Shown here piece by piece: positions 21,175 to 30,020 of a DNA stretch of 64,000 nucleotides. The notes under the pieces were generated by a model. That model did not search any database, was not told the DNA's origin, and was given only the letters and a program-made list of their open reading frames with translations. Position 1 is the first letter of the stretch. Each line of letters begins with the position of its first letter. The translations under genes were made by a program, and so were the position numbers. Source of the DNA: Dyadobacter sp. GTDB taxonomy: Bacteria; Bacteroidota; Bacteroidia; Cytophagales; Spirosomataceae. The stretch lies in NCBI RefSeq assembly GCF_039919315.1, contig NZ_JBDSFX010000053.1, positions 1,120 to 65,119 on the forward strand. The letters run 5' to 3'.

Positions 21175-22413
21175 ATGAACTATAACCATCGGCTCGACAA
21201 AGTAAAGCACCACGTCCATCACTTTTTTGGAACCAAATCATTGGCGCAGTTGAGCTATCACAACCTCGTTCATACCGAGGCGGTAGTTTCCAATGCAGTG
21301 AAAATCGCCAATCATTACCGGTTGGAGGACAGGGAGACTTTTATTGTCGTGACCTCGGCCTGGTTTCATGATACGGGATATAGCAGCGGTGAGGCGGCAG
21401 GCCATGAAAAGAGAGGTGCCGAAATGGCGGAGGCGTTTTTGAGGTCTGATGAGATTGATGAAACGGTTATTGACGAGGTAAAAGGCTGCATTATGGCCAC
21501 TATCTGGCCACAAAAGCCGGAGAATTTCCTGCAGCAGATCATGTGCGACGCCGACCTGTTTCATTTTGGAACACCGGAATTCGCTGACTGGAACAAGCTC
21601 GTGCGCAAAGAAGCCGAACAACGATCCGGTAAAAAAATTGACAAATCGGACTGGCGAAAGAGTACCATCAGGTTACTTGAAACCCATACTTTCCAGACTG
21701 ATTACTGCCGTGACTTGCTGGATAAGCAGAAACAGAAGAATCTGGACAAACTGAGAGAAAAAGACCTCGAAGTGGTGGCCGAGAAGGAAAAAGAACGAGA
21801 AGAAGAGATCATAACATTGCCTGTCAGAGAAGAAGGCGTGTCCTTCCCTGAAATGGCCGAGGGGAAAAAGGTCAAAGCGGACAGGCCGGACAAGGGAATT
21901 GAAACCATGTTCAGGATCAGTTCCAATAACCACCAAAGATTGAGTGATATGGCTGATAATAAAGCACATATCATGATCACGACCACATCTATCATTATTT
22001 CAGTTTTGCTGAGTGTGCTCGTCAGGAAGCTGGAAGACAACACCTACCTGATCATTCCGACGATGTTGCTGCTCACCATTTGTATGATCACCATGGTGTT
22101 TTCCATTCTCTCCACCAGGCCTACCATTCCGCACGGAACATTCACGCAGGAGGACATTGATACCAAGAATGTCAACCTGCTTTTCTTTGGTAATTTTTAC
22201 AGAATGTCTTTCACTGACTATTCCAATGGCATGCAGCGCATGATGAATGACCGGGAGTTTTTATACGGAAGCTTAACCAAGGATGTTTATTCTCAGGGTG
22301 TTGTGCTGGGCCGTAAGTATCGGCTGCTCCGGATAGCGTATAATGTTTTTATGTTTGGTATTGTGGTATCCGTGGTCGCATTCGTCATTGCCTCCGTCCT
22401 TTTTGAACATTAA
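21175..22413 (+). CDS. HD phosphohydrolase fused to Pycsar-effector (DUF5706) domain
   Basis: YHNLVHT, WFHDTG, CDADL (HD domain); C-terminal LSDMADNKAHIMIT, 2 TM, LSTRP, NLLFFGNF, LGRKYRLLRIAY, final TM. Confidence 0.85.
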   Translation: MNYNHRLDKVKHHVHHFFGTKSLAQLSYHNLVHTEAVVSNAVKIANHYRLEDRETFIVVTSAWFHDTGYSSGEAAGHEKRGAEMAEAFLRSDEIDETVIDEVKGCIMATIWPQKPENFLQQIMCDADLFHFGTPEFADWNKLVRKEAEQRSGKKIDKSDWRKSTIRLLETHTFQTDYCRDLLDKQKQKNLDKLREKDLEVVAEKEKEREEEIITLPVREEGVSFPEMAEGKKVKADRPDKGIETMFRISSNNHQRLSDMADNKAHIMITTTSIIISVLLSVLVRKLEDNTYLIIPTMLLLTICMITMVFSILSTRPTIPHGTFTQEDIDTKNVNLLFFGNFYRMSFTDYSNGMQRMMNDREFLYGSLTKDVYSQGVVLGRKYRLLRIAYNVFMFGIVVSVVAFVIASVLFEH

Positions 22414-22422
22414 CCGTCGGCT

Positions 22423-24459
22423 ATGGAAGCGTTCCGTTATTTTAATCGTGATATCAGCTGGCTTACTTTTAATGAACGGGTGCTGCTAGAAGCGGGAAAT
22501 GTGACTGTTCCATTGATGGAGCGGATCAGGTTTCTTTCCATTTACTCTTCCAATCTGGATGAATTTTACCGGGTACGCATGCCCTACCTGCAAAAAAGCA
22601 TGCTGGTGGATGGCGAAATAAGCGTCTACGAAAAGGCCCAGGCGATCATTAATAAGCAACAGGACCGGTTTGGAGAAATACTGGGCGGAACTGTCATTCC
22701 TGAGCTCTCCAAGCTGGGTTTTCTATTTTGTTATAAAGAACCCGTCCCCGAATCAGTTGCCGCGCAAACGGTCCGGTACTTTTACGCGCAGGTGGCGGGA
22801 TTTCTTCAACCCGTGTTTCTGAGTGGGGATACCCAGTTTTTTCCCGAGAACAACATGCTCTACCTGGTGGTGATCATGAAGTTCCCACCAGACGAAGAAC
22901 AGGTAGCATTGGTCAATATTCCTACGGCTCATCTCGATCGGTTTCTGAAAGTGACCGAGGGCAATGAAAACTACATTGTTTTCCTGGAAGACATTATCAA
23001 ATACAATCTCAAAAACCTCTTTCCCGGCGCGACGGAAATTCAATCTTACAATATCAAAATAACCAGGGACGCTGAACTGGATTTGCTGGACGAAGACGGC
23101 GAGGATGTTACCGAAAAATTTGAAAAACAGCTCAGCAAGCGGGACTACGGCCTGGCGACGCGGTTGCTATTCCAACCCGGGCTTCCGGTACGCCATTTGC
23201 AGCAGGTTATCAATGTGTTTGACCTCAAAAGGGCGTCGGTTGTAGAGGGAGGACGTTATCATAATCTCAAAGACCTCGCATCATTACCGGTCAATTCGCC
23301 AGCTATTTCCTACCCGGCCTGGCCTGCGGTGCAGGGTATTGAAGGAGTGGATTTGAACACCACCCTGTTTGAAGCATTGGTTGATAGAGATTTGATGGTT
23401 CATGCACCATACCAGACTTACGACACGATTTTGCGGTTTTTTAATGAGGCTGCGATCCATCCCGCGGTGGAGGAGATTTATACGACCATGTACCGGGTTG
23501 CCCACGATTCCAAAATTGCCCACGCACTGATCAGCGCCGCCCGAAACGGCAAAAAGGTGACGGTACTGGTGGAATTGAAGGCGCGGTTTGATGAAGCCAA
23601 CAACATTCGCTGGGCTAAAAAGATGAAATCCGCTGGTGTGAGGATCATGCACAGCATTAACACATTAAAAGTACACGCCAAGCTCGCTTTGGTCAAAAGG
23701 CAGCACACAAGCCATCCCTACCTTGGCCTGCTGGCGACCGGGAACCTTAATGAAGGTACCGCACGCTTTTATACCGACCACATTTTGCTGACGGCGCATC
23801 AGCCGATGTTGAAAGAAGCAGAACAGCTTTTTGGGTTTTTGAGAAAAAAGAAAAAGGCAGAAAAGACAGACGTTCTTACCTTCCGTCACTTGCTCGTAGC
23901 GCAGTTTAACCTGAAAGCGATGTTTCTGGAACTGCTCGATCGTGAAATTGAACATGCGAAAAACGGGTTACCCAGCGGCGTGACCATTAAGCTGAACAAC
24001 CTGGAAGAAGAGGTATTGATCAACAAATTGTACGAAGCCTCCAATGCTGGCGTGAAGATCAATCTGATCGTCAGGAGTATTTGCAGGCTTGTTCCTGGTG
24101 TTCCCGGCCAGAGTGAGAACATTACCGTCAAACGTATTGTAGACCGTTATCTGGAACATGGGCGTGTGTTTGTATTTTTGAACAAAGGCGAGCACGAGGT
24201 ATTTATGGGCTCGGCCGACTGGATGAACCGGAACATTTATCGTAGAATTGAGGTTTGTTTTCCGATCTACAATGAGAAATTAAAGAAGCAGCTCATGGAA
24301 ATCCTGTCTATTCAATGGGCAGATACGGCAAAGGCAGTACTGATTGACAGTGAGTTAAATAATGTTACACTACCCAGCACTGCGGCAAGCATCCGGTCGC
24401 AGGAGGCTATTTACAAGTTTTTGTCGGAGACGGTACCGGATTTTAAACCGACCATTTAA
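22423..24459 (+). CDS. ppk1: Polyphosphate kinase 1
   Basis: NRDISWLTFNERVL, SSNLDEFYRVR, HAPY, VELKARFDEANN, KVHAK, DRYLEHGR, SADWMNRN. Confidence 0.97.
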   Translation: MEAFRYFNRDISWLTFNERVLLEAGNVTVPLMERIRFLSIYSSNLDEFYRVRMPYLQKSMLVDGEISVYEKAQAIINKQQDRFGEILGGTVIPELSKLGFLFCYKEPVPESVAAQTVRYFYAQVAGFLQPVFLSGDTQFFPENNMLYLVVIMKFPPDEEQVALVNIPTAHLDRFLKVTEGNENYIVFLEDIIKYNLKNLFPGATEIQSYNIKITRDAELDLLDEDGEDVTEKFEKQLSKRDYGLATRLLFQPGLPVRHLQQVINVFDLKRASVVEGGRYHNLKDLASLPVNSPAISYPAWPAVQGIEGVDLNTTLFEALVDRDLMVHAPYQTYDTILRFFNEAAIHPAVEEIYTTMYRVAHDSKIAHALISAARNGKKVTVLVELKARFDEANNIRWAKKMKSAGVRIMHSINTLKVHAKLALVKRQHTSHPYLGLLATGNLNEGTARFYTDHILLTAHQPMLKEAEQLFGFLRKKKKAEKTDVLTFRHLLVAQFNLKAMFLELLDREIEHAKNGLPSGVTIKLNNLEEEVLINKLYEASNAGVKINLIVRSICRLVPGVPGQSENITVKRIVDRYLEHGRVFVFLNKGEHEVFMGSADWMNRNIYRRIEVCFPIYNEKLKKQLMEILSIQWADTAKAVLIDSELNNVTLPSTAASIRSQEAIYKFLSETVPDFKPTI

Positions 24460-25341
24460 ATGAAAAGAAAACACTTGCTATTGAATTCGCTTGCATTCCT
24501 GGTTATGCTGGGCATTTCGCTAGACAGCTGCAACTCCACGCAAAAGGAGGAGGTTATTTACAAGGATTACGACCTGAGCAAGCCTGAAAAATTTAATATG
24601 CCGGAAAGCTTGTTCGAGATTTCGGGTCTCACGTTTGTGGATGGCAAGGCCGACACCGTATATGCCATACAGGACGAAGAAGGCAAGCTGTTCAGACTGG
24701 CGTGGGACATACCGAAACAACTACATACGAAATTTGGCAAAAAAGGGGATTATGAGGATGTAGCCATCATGAATGACCAGGCCTATATCCTGAAAAGCAA
24801 TGGTGCCATCTATGCATTGCCGATGTCGGAGACCGTGTTCGAAGAGGCCGACGTAGTGAAGGAACTGAAAGGATTGCTGCCAAAAGGGGAATATGAAGGA
24901 ATGTATGCCGATGCCGAGACCGGCGAATTGTATGTCATTTGTAAAAATTGCGCAGAGGACGATTCCAAAAGCAGTGTCACGGGCTATATATTCAAGCCTA
25001 GCCAGGATACTACCGGAGTGCCGCGCACCGGTGTGCCGCGTACATTCTCGATCAACGTAAATCAGATCAAAGCGATCACTGGTAAGGTTGCGAGAGGTTT
25101 CCGGCCGTCGGGTCTGGCGAAAAATCCGCTGACTAAGGAATGGTATATTATCTCTGCAGTGAACAAGCTGATGGTGGTTACGGATAGCCAATGGAAGGTA
25201 AAAGATGCATTTCCGCTGAATGGTAATATGTTTATACAGCCCGAAGGCATTGCCTTTGACAAAGCAGGCAATTTGTATATTTCCAATGAAGGAGACGATC
25301 TGTTCAGTGGAAATATTCTTAAATTCAAAAAAATAAAATAA
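24460..25341 (+). CDS. SdiA-regulated (YjiK-like) beta-propeller lipoprotein
   Basis: Lipobox LDSC; EISGL, AIQDE, GDYED, YEG, PSG, QPEGIAFD, ISNEG repeats. Confidence 0.75.
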   Translation: MKRKHLLLNSLAFLVMLGISLDSCNSTQKEEVIYKDYDLSKPEKFNMPESLFEISGLTFVDGKADTVYAIQDEEGKLFRLAWDIPKQLHTKFGKKGDYEDVAIMNDQAYILKSNGAIYALPMSETVFEEADVVKELKGLLPKGEYEGMYADAETGELYVICKNCAEDDSKSSVTGYIFKPSQDTTGVPRTGVPRTFSINVNQIKAITGKVARGFRPSGLAKNPLTKEWYIISAVNKLMVVTDSQWKVKDAFPLNGNMFIQPEGIAFDKAGNLYISNEGDDLFSGNILKFKKIK

Positions 25342-25407
25342 CGTTACGATCCTGTTACACGCACCTCATGCTTCTTGCCATATGAGGAGGGTTATCTATT
25401 CAACGAT

Positions 25408-28400
25408 ATGAATGCACATCTCCGATTCTTACTATTGGTCATTTTTGGGATTGGGGTTACTTCCTGCGCCAGTTATAAAACGCATTTTTCTAAGGAAGGC
25501 GCGCAATGGCAGGCATCGTCACCCGATCCAAACCTGGAACTGAAGCATACCATGTACCTGATCGGAGATGCGGGAAACGATAAGCCGGAAAGCCGCGCCC
25601 CTGTGTTGGAATATCTCAAAATCAAGCTGGCGACCGAGTCGAAAAACAGTTCTGCGCTGTTTTTGGGGGATAATATTTACGAATATGGCATGCCGCCGTC
25701 CGAGGATTCGTTGAACAGAGGAGTTGCGGAATACCGAATCAATTCGCAGCTGGAAACACTGGAACATTTTAAGGGACGGCCATTTTTTATCCCAGGAAAT
25801 CACGACTGGCGTGGTTGGGGCGTGAAAGGATTGAAAAGACAGGAAAAATACATTGATAAATATCTCAATGAGCGTCGCGGGAAAACGGATAAGGAGGACT
25901 ATGAAAATTACTTTCTGCCGCTGGATGGTTGCTCAGGCCCCGAGGTGGTTGAAATGAATGATAATGTGGTTGTGATCGTGGCGGATTCGCAGTGGTGGCT
26001 GACCGATTGGGACCGCGATTCGAAGATCAATGATGGCTGCGAAATCAAGAACCGGGAGCAGTTCAAATTTGTGTGGGAGAATGTGATCAGGAAGTACCGT
26101 AACAAAAATGTCGTGATCGCCATGCACCACCCGCCTTACACGTACGGCCCGCACGGGGGGAAATTTACAGTGAAGCAGCACATTTTTCCGCTGACCGAAA
26201 TGAACCCGAAATTGTACATTCCACTGCCGGTAATAGGCAGTCTGAGCGCACTGTTCCGCGCCACGATCGGTTCCCGCCAGGATGTTGCCAACAAACATTA
26301 TAAAGACCTCCGTACAGCTGTACTCGCCGGTGCTAAGAAAAACGGAAAATTCATTTTTGCCAGCGGCCATGAACATGCGTTGCAATTCATCGAAAATGAC
26401 GGACAGGAGTTTATAGTTAGTGGCAGCGGCTCCAAAAAGAGTCCGGTAAGTCTGGGAAAAGGCTCATTGTATTCCTCATCGGCCCTCGGCTATTCCACGC
26501 TCAGCTTTTATGCAGGCGGTGAAACGTGGGTCAAATTCTGGGAAGTAAACCCGGATGGCAAGGATGTGAAACTGGTTTTTCAGCGGAAGATCAAAGACAA
26601 ACAGGAGGCGGAAATACCGGATCCGACCATTGCATTTACAGAATATAACCAGCATAGCGACTCCACAAGCCGTTTTGTGACGAGCAATGTGATCAAACCG
26701 ATCGGTGGTTTACACCGGTTTTTGTTCGGAGAGCACAACCGCCCACTTTATCTTGAAAAATATCCATTCCCGGTACTCGACCTTACTACTTGGAAAGGTG
26801 GTGTGGTTCCTGTGAAACAAGGTGGCGGTAACCAGACTAATTCGCTGAGATTGCGGGACAATGATGGCAAGGAATATTCACTGCGCGGCCTTACCAAAGA
26901 TGTAAGCCGTTTCTTGCCATTTCCATTCAATCAAATGATCGCGGCCAAGTATCTAGTGGAGGATAACTTCCTTTCTACCAATTCATTTGCGCCATTATCG
27001 ATGCCCACGCTGGCGGGAGCAGTGAATGTGTACCATACCAATCCGAGGCTATATTATGTTCCGGCCCAGCCAGGGTTGGCCACTTTTAATGCATTGTTTG
27101 GCGGTACGATGAACCTGCTGGAAGAACGTCCTGACGGTAAAAAGTGGAAGAAAGCAGATTTTTTTGGTAATCCCGACAAGATCGTGAGCACGCCGGAACT
27201 GGTGGAAGAACTGCTTGAAAACAGTAAAAATATCGTGGACGAGGCATGGGCGATCCGTACCAGGCTGTTTGATTTTGTGATTGGAGACTGGGACCGCCAT
27301 GATGACCAATGGGCCTGGTCGTCGGTGAAGCAAAAGGATGGTACTGTACTTTACAGGCCCATCCCACGTGACAGGGACCAAGCTTTTTCCAAATACGACG
27401 GCTTACTGACCGGCGTAGCCAGACTAACATTGCCTTTCCTTCGCCAGCTTCAAAGTTTCAGTCCGGAGATACAGAGTATGAAATGGACGACGTGGAGTGC
27501 ACGGCTTTTTGACCGCACATTTCTGAACGAATTGAGCTGGGAGCAATGGGAGGAGCAGGCTAAATTGATCCAGAAAAACCTGACAGATGACGTGATCGCC
27601 AAATCCTTCGCAGACTGGCCGCAAAAAGCACGTGAAATATCCTCGCCGGAACTGATCAAAAACATCCGTTCTCGCCGCGACGACCTCATTAAGATTGCCA
27701 AAGCACATTACGAGTTTGTGAGTGAGTCTGTCAATGTGATTGGTACTGAGGAGGAGGAGCGTTTTCTGATCGAGCGGCTGGACAACAACCGGACGAGTGT
27801 GACGGTATTTGAAACGGGCAAAGACGGCAAGATCAAACATCAGAACTACCACCGGATTTTCGATGGAAATGTTACCAAATCCATCAATGTGTACGGTAAT
27901 GGTGATTCGGATGAGTTTATTGTCAAAGGTGATGTTGATAAGGGCATTAAGCTCCGGCTGATCGGCGGACTTGGTAAGGACGTGTTTACGGATAGCGCCC
28001 GGGTTACTTCCGGCGGCAAAAAGACGTTGATTTACGACGATCTTAAAAATAATACGATTAATCCAGGCCCGGATACGAAAGACAAAAGGACAAACTTATA
28101 TCGATTCAATGTATACGACCGGAGAAGCGCGGACAGTAATTACGACATTACCATGCCCTTCCCCAACATTGGCGCAAACCCGGACGATGGTTTCATCATT
28201 GGGGGTAATGTGAATATGACCAAGTATGGTTTTAAAAAGGAGCCGTACGCGTCCGCGCAGAGTTTTGGCGGTAGCTATGCGTTCAGTACCAGGGGTTTCA
28301 AAGTCAACTACACGGGTGATTTTATCAATGCCTTCAAGAAGTTTGACTTCTATTTAGACACTTACTATCGTGGCCCGACCTATGCATTCAACTACGCGGG

Positions 28401-29199
28401 ATTGGGGAACACCTCTGAGAGGACTGTGGACGATGCTGATTTTTACCGGGTCAGGCAGTCTATTCTGCACGTTTATCCAGCCATTAAAAAACGTTTCGGT
28501 GGTAACAGTGGGTTCATCACATTAGGCCCGGTTTTCGAGATATCTGACGTGCAGGCTACTGCGGGCAGGTTTATTACCAGCAAGGAGAACGGATTGGGCG
28601 ACGATATTTTTAAAACCAAATATTTTAGCGGGGCGAAGTTTATGTTTGATTTCAACAGCGTTGACAATATCTTTCAGCCGCATTCAGGTATCCGTTTTCA
28701 CACCGGTGTCAACTGGACGTCTGATCTGAACAGCAAAAACAACTTCGCTTCTTTACGTGCCCAGTTTGCTTTTTATAACAGTCTGGATCAGAACGAAAAC
28801 TTTGTACTGGCGTCTCAGATCGGTACCGGTATTAATTTCGGAAAAGGGTACCAGTTCTTTCAAATGCCCACCATTGGCGGAAAGCAGGGACTAAGGGGTT
28901 ATCGCACAGAAAGATTTTACGGGAAATCCAGCATTTGGCATGATACCGACCTCCGGGTGAAGATTGGCAGCAGCTACAACCCTACATTACCATTGACTTA
29001 CGGCGTGTTCGGCAGCTTCGACTACGGACGCGTCTGGTATGGCGATGATGATCCTTCCAAAAACTGGCATTATGACTATGGCGGGGGAATCTGGCTGGCA
29101 CCGGTCGACATTCTGACATTTTCCGTGGGGGTATTTATTCCGAGAGAAAAAAGCGAAGAAAAGCCCCGTATCGCTTTGCAGATCGGCTTCTGGTTCTAA
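25408..29199 (+). CDS. Lipoprotein fusion: calcineurin-like metallophosphoesterase + atypical kinase-like domain + BamA/TamA (Omp85) barrel
   Basis: Lipobox VTSC (ATG 25408 preferred); GDAG, GDNIY, GNHDW, HHP, GHEH; GGGNQT and GDWDRHDDQW; barrel with LRGYRTERFYG and C-terminal IGFWF. Confidence 0.8.
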   Translation: MNAHLRFLLLVIFGIGVTSCASYKTHFSKEGAQWQASSPDPNLELKHTMYLIGDAGNDKPESRAPVLEYLKIKLATESKNSSALFLGDNIYEYGMPPSEDSLNRGVAEYRINSQLETLEHFKGRPFFIPGNHDWRGWGVKGLKRQEKYIDKYLNERRGKTDKEDYENYFLPLDGCSGPEVVEMNDNVVVIVADSQWWLTDWDRDSKINDGCEIKNREQFKFVWENVIRKYRNKNVVIAMHHPPYTYGPHGGKFTVKQHIFPLTEMNPKLYIPLPVIGSLSALFRATIGSRQDVANKHYKDLRTAVLAGAKKNGKFIFASGHEHALQFIENDGQEFIVSGSGSKKSPVSLGKGSLYSSSALGYSTLSFYAGGETWVKFWEVNPDGKDVKLVFQRKIKDKQEAEIPDPTIAFTEYNQHSDSTSRFVTSNVIKPIGGLHRFLFGEHNRPLYLEKYPFPVLDLTTWKGGVVPVKQGGGNQTNSLRLRDNDGKEYSLRGLTKDVSRFLPFPFNQMIAAKYLVEDNFLSTNSFAPLSMPTLAGAVNVYHTNPRLYYVPAQPGLATFNALFGGTMNLLEERPDGKKWKKADFFGNPDKIVSTPELVEELLENSKNIVDEAWAIRTRLFDFVIGDWDRHDDQWAWSSVKQKDGTVLYRPIPRDRDQAFSKYDGLLTGVARLTLPFLRQLQSFSPEIQSMKWTTWSARLFDRTFLNELSWEQWEEQAKLIQKNLTDDVIAKSFADWPQKAREISSPELIKNIRSRRDDLIKIAKAHYEFVSESVNVIGTEEEERFLIERLDNNRTSVTVFETGKDGKIKHQNYHRIFDGNVTKSINVYGNGDSDEFIVKGDVDKGIKLRLIGGLGKDVFTDSARVTSGGKKTLIYDDLKNNTINPGPDTKDKRTNLYRFNVYDRRSADSNYDITMPFPNIGANPDDGFIIGGNVNMTKYGFKKEPYASAQSFGGSYAFSTRGFKVNYTGDFINAFKKFDFYLDTYYRGPTYAFNYAGLGNTSERTVDDADFYRVRQSILHVYPAIKKRFGGNSGFITLGPVFEISDVQATAGRFITSKENGLGDDIFKTKYFSGAKFMFDFNSVDNIFQPHSGIRFHTGVNWTSDLNSKNNFASLRAQFAFYNSLDQNENFVLASQIGTGINFGKGYQFFQMPTIGGKQGLRGYRTERFYGKSSIWHDTDLRVKIGSSYNPTLPLTYGVFGSFDYGRVWYGDDDPSKNWHYDYGGGIWLAPVDILTFSVGVFIPREKSEEKPRIALQIGFWF

Positions 29200-29210
29200 T
29201 CCAGGTCATG

Positions 29211-29702
29211 TTATTTTTCCAGAATACTCAGGTTACCGCTTCCTTCGAGGTAGCAGGCCTTTACTTTTTTGGGATCGTCAATGCCTTTTTCTCTGAGATA
29301 GCTCGCCAGATCTTCTTCCGAAATGAATTCCCGTCTCATATTTTTGAACTGAAATTCGCCGTCCTTAATCAGGATTTTTGGGTTGGCCTGAAAAAAACTA
29401 CTGAACATTTTCGACTGATAACCCAGGTAGTCAATCGCCAGGTCCCAGAAGACGAGCGTGCCCACCAGTACAATGCCTTCCGTGATGCTCTTATAGTCAC
29501 CTGCCATGGCATTCTGCGCCGCATCACCGATCAGTATAATGAGCAGAATGTCGCTCACGCTGAATTGGCCCGTTCCCCGCCGGAAAAACCTGAGCAGCAA
29601 AAAAATAGACCAGTATGTTAATGTTCCCCTGATAAATACTTCAAGCAGTGAAATATTAGGCGTCCACATGTCGTGCCAGTTGATGTCAAGGATTTTTTCC
29701 AT
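29211..29702 (-). CDS. DUF421 (YetF-like) membrane protein
   Basis: RRGTGQFSVSDILLIILIG, PKILIKDGE, LREKGI, LEGSGNLS. Confidence 0.85.
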   Translation of the reverse strand: MEKILDINWHDMWTPNISLLEVFIRGTLTYWSIFLLLRFFRRGTGQFSVSDILLIILIGDAAQNAMAGDYKSITEGIVLVGTLVFWDLAIDYLGYQSKMFSSFFQANPKILIKDGEFQFKNMRREFISEEDLASYLREKGIDDPKKVKACYLEGSGNLSILEK

Positions 29703-30020
29703 AATGAAAAGGATTAATAGTAAGTCAGTAAGATTACTTAATAATCATAAAGCTATTCATTATTGAACAGAATCTTTTGCTGACTTTTTCCTTTGCTGAT
29801 GGTCATAAATTCAGCCCTGATCAATTAAATATCGGCATAAGCCTGGAAAATATTGAAAAAAAAAGAGCCCAAAAGCTAGATGTTCAGCGTGCTTAATAGT
29901 AGTAATTCTACGATCACTACAAAAAAATAATTTTTGATTACGGCTTTTATTCGTTAGAATAGTAGCAAAAAGGAAAATTTTGTAAACACTATATCGCTAC
30001 GGGTGATTAAGAAGTTTTGA

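Noticed and set aside
18726-22413. Canonical two-gene Pycsar defence island
   Set aside because: The upstream protein is far larger than PycC with GAF and insert regions, the effector has an HD fusion, and the context is housekeeping (ndh, ppk1) with no mobile genes.
24460-25341. SdiA-like propeller as a phytase feeding inositol to the lipid locus
   Set aside because: Attractive, but I cannot identify beta-propeller phytase Ca-binding motifs; unsupported by the sequence.
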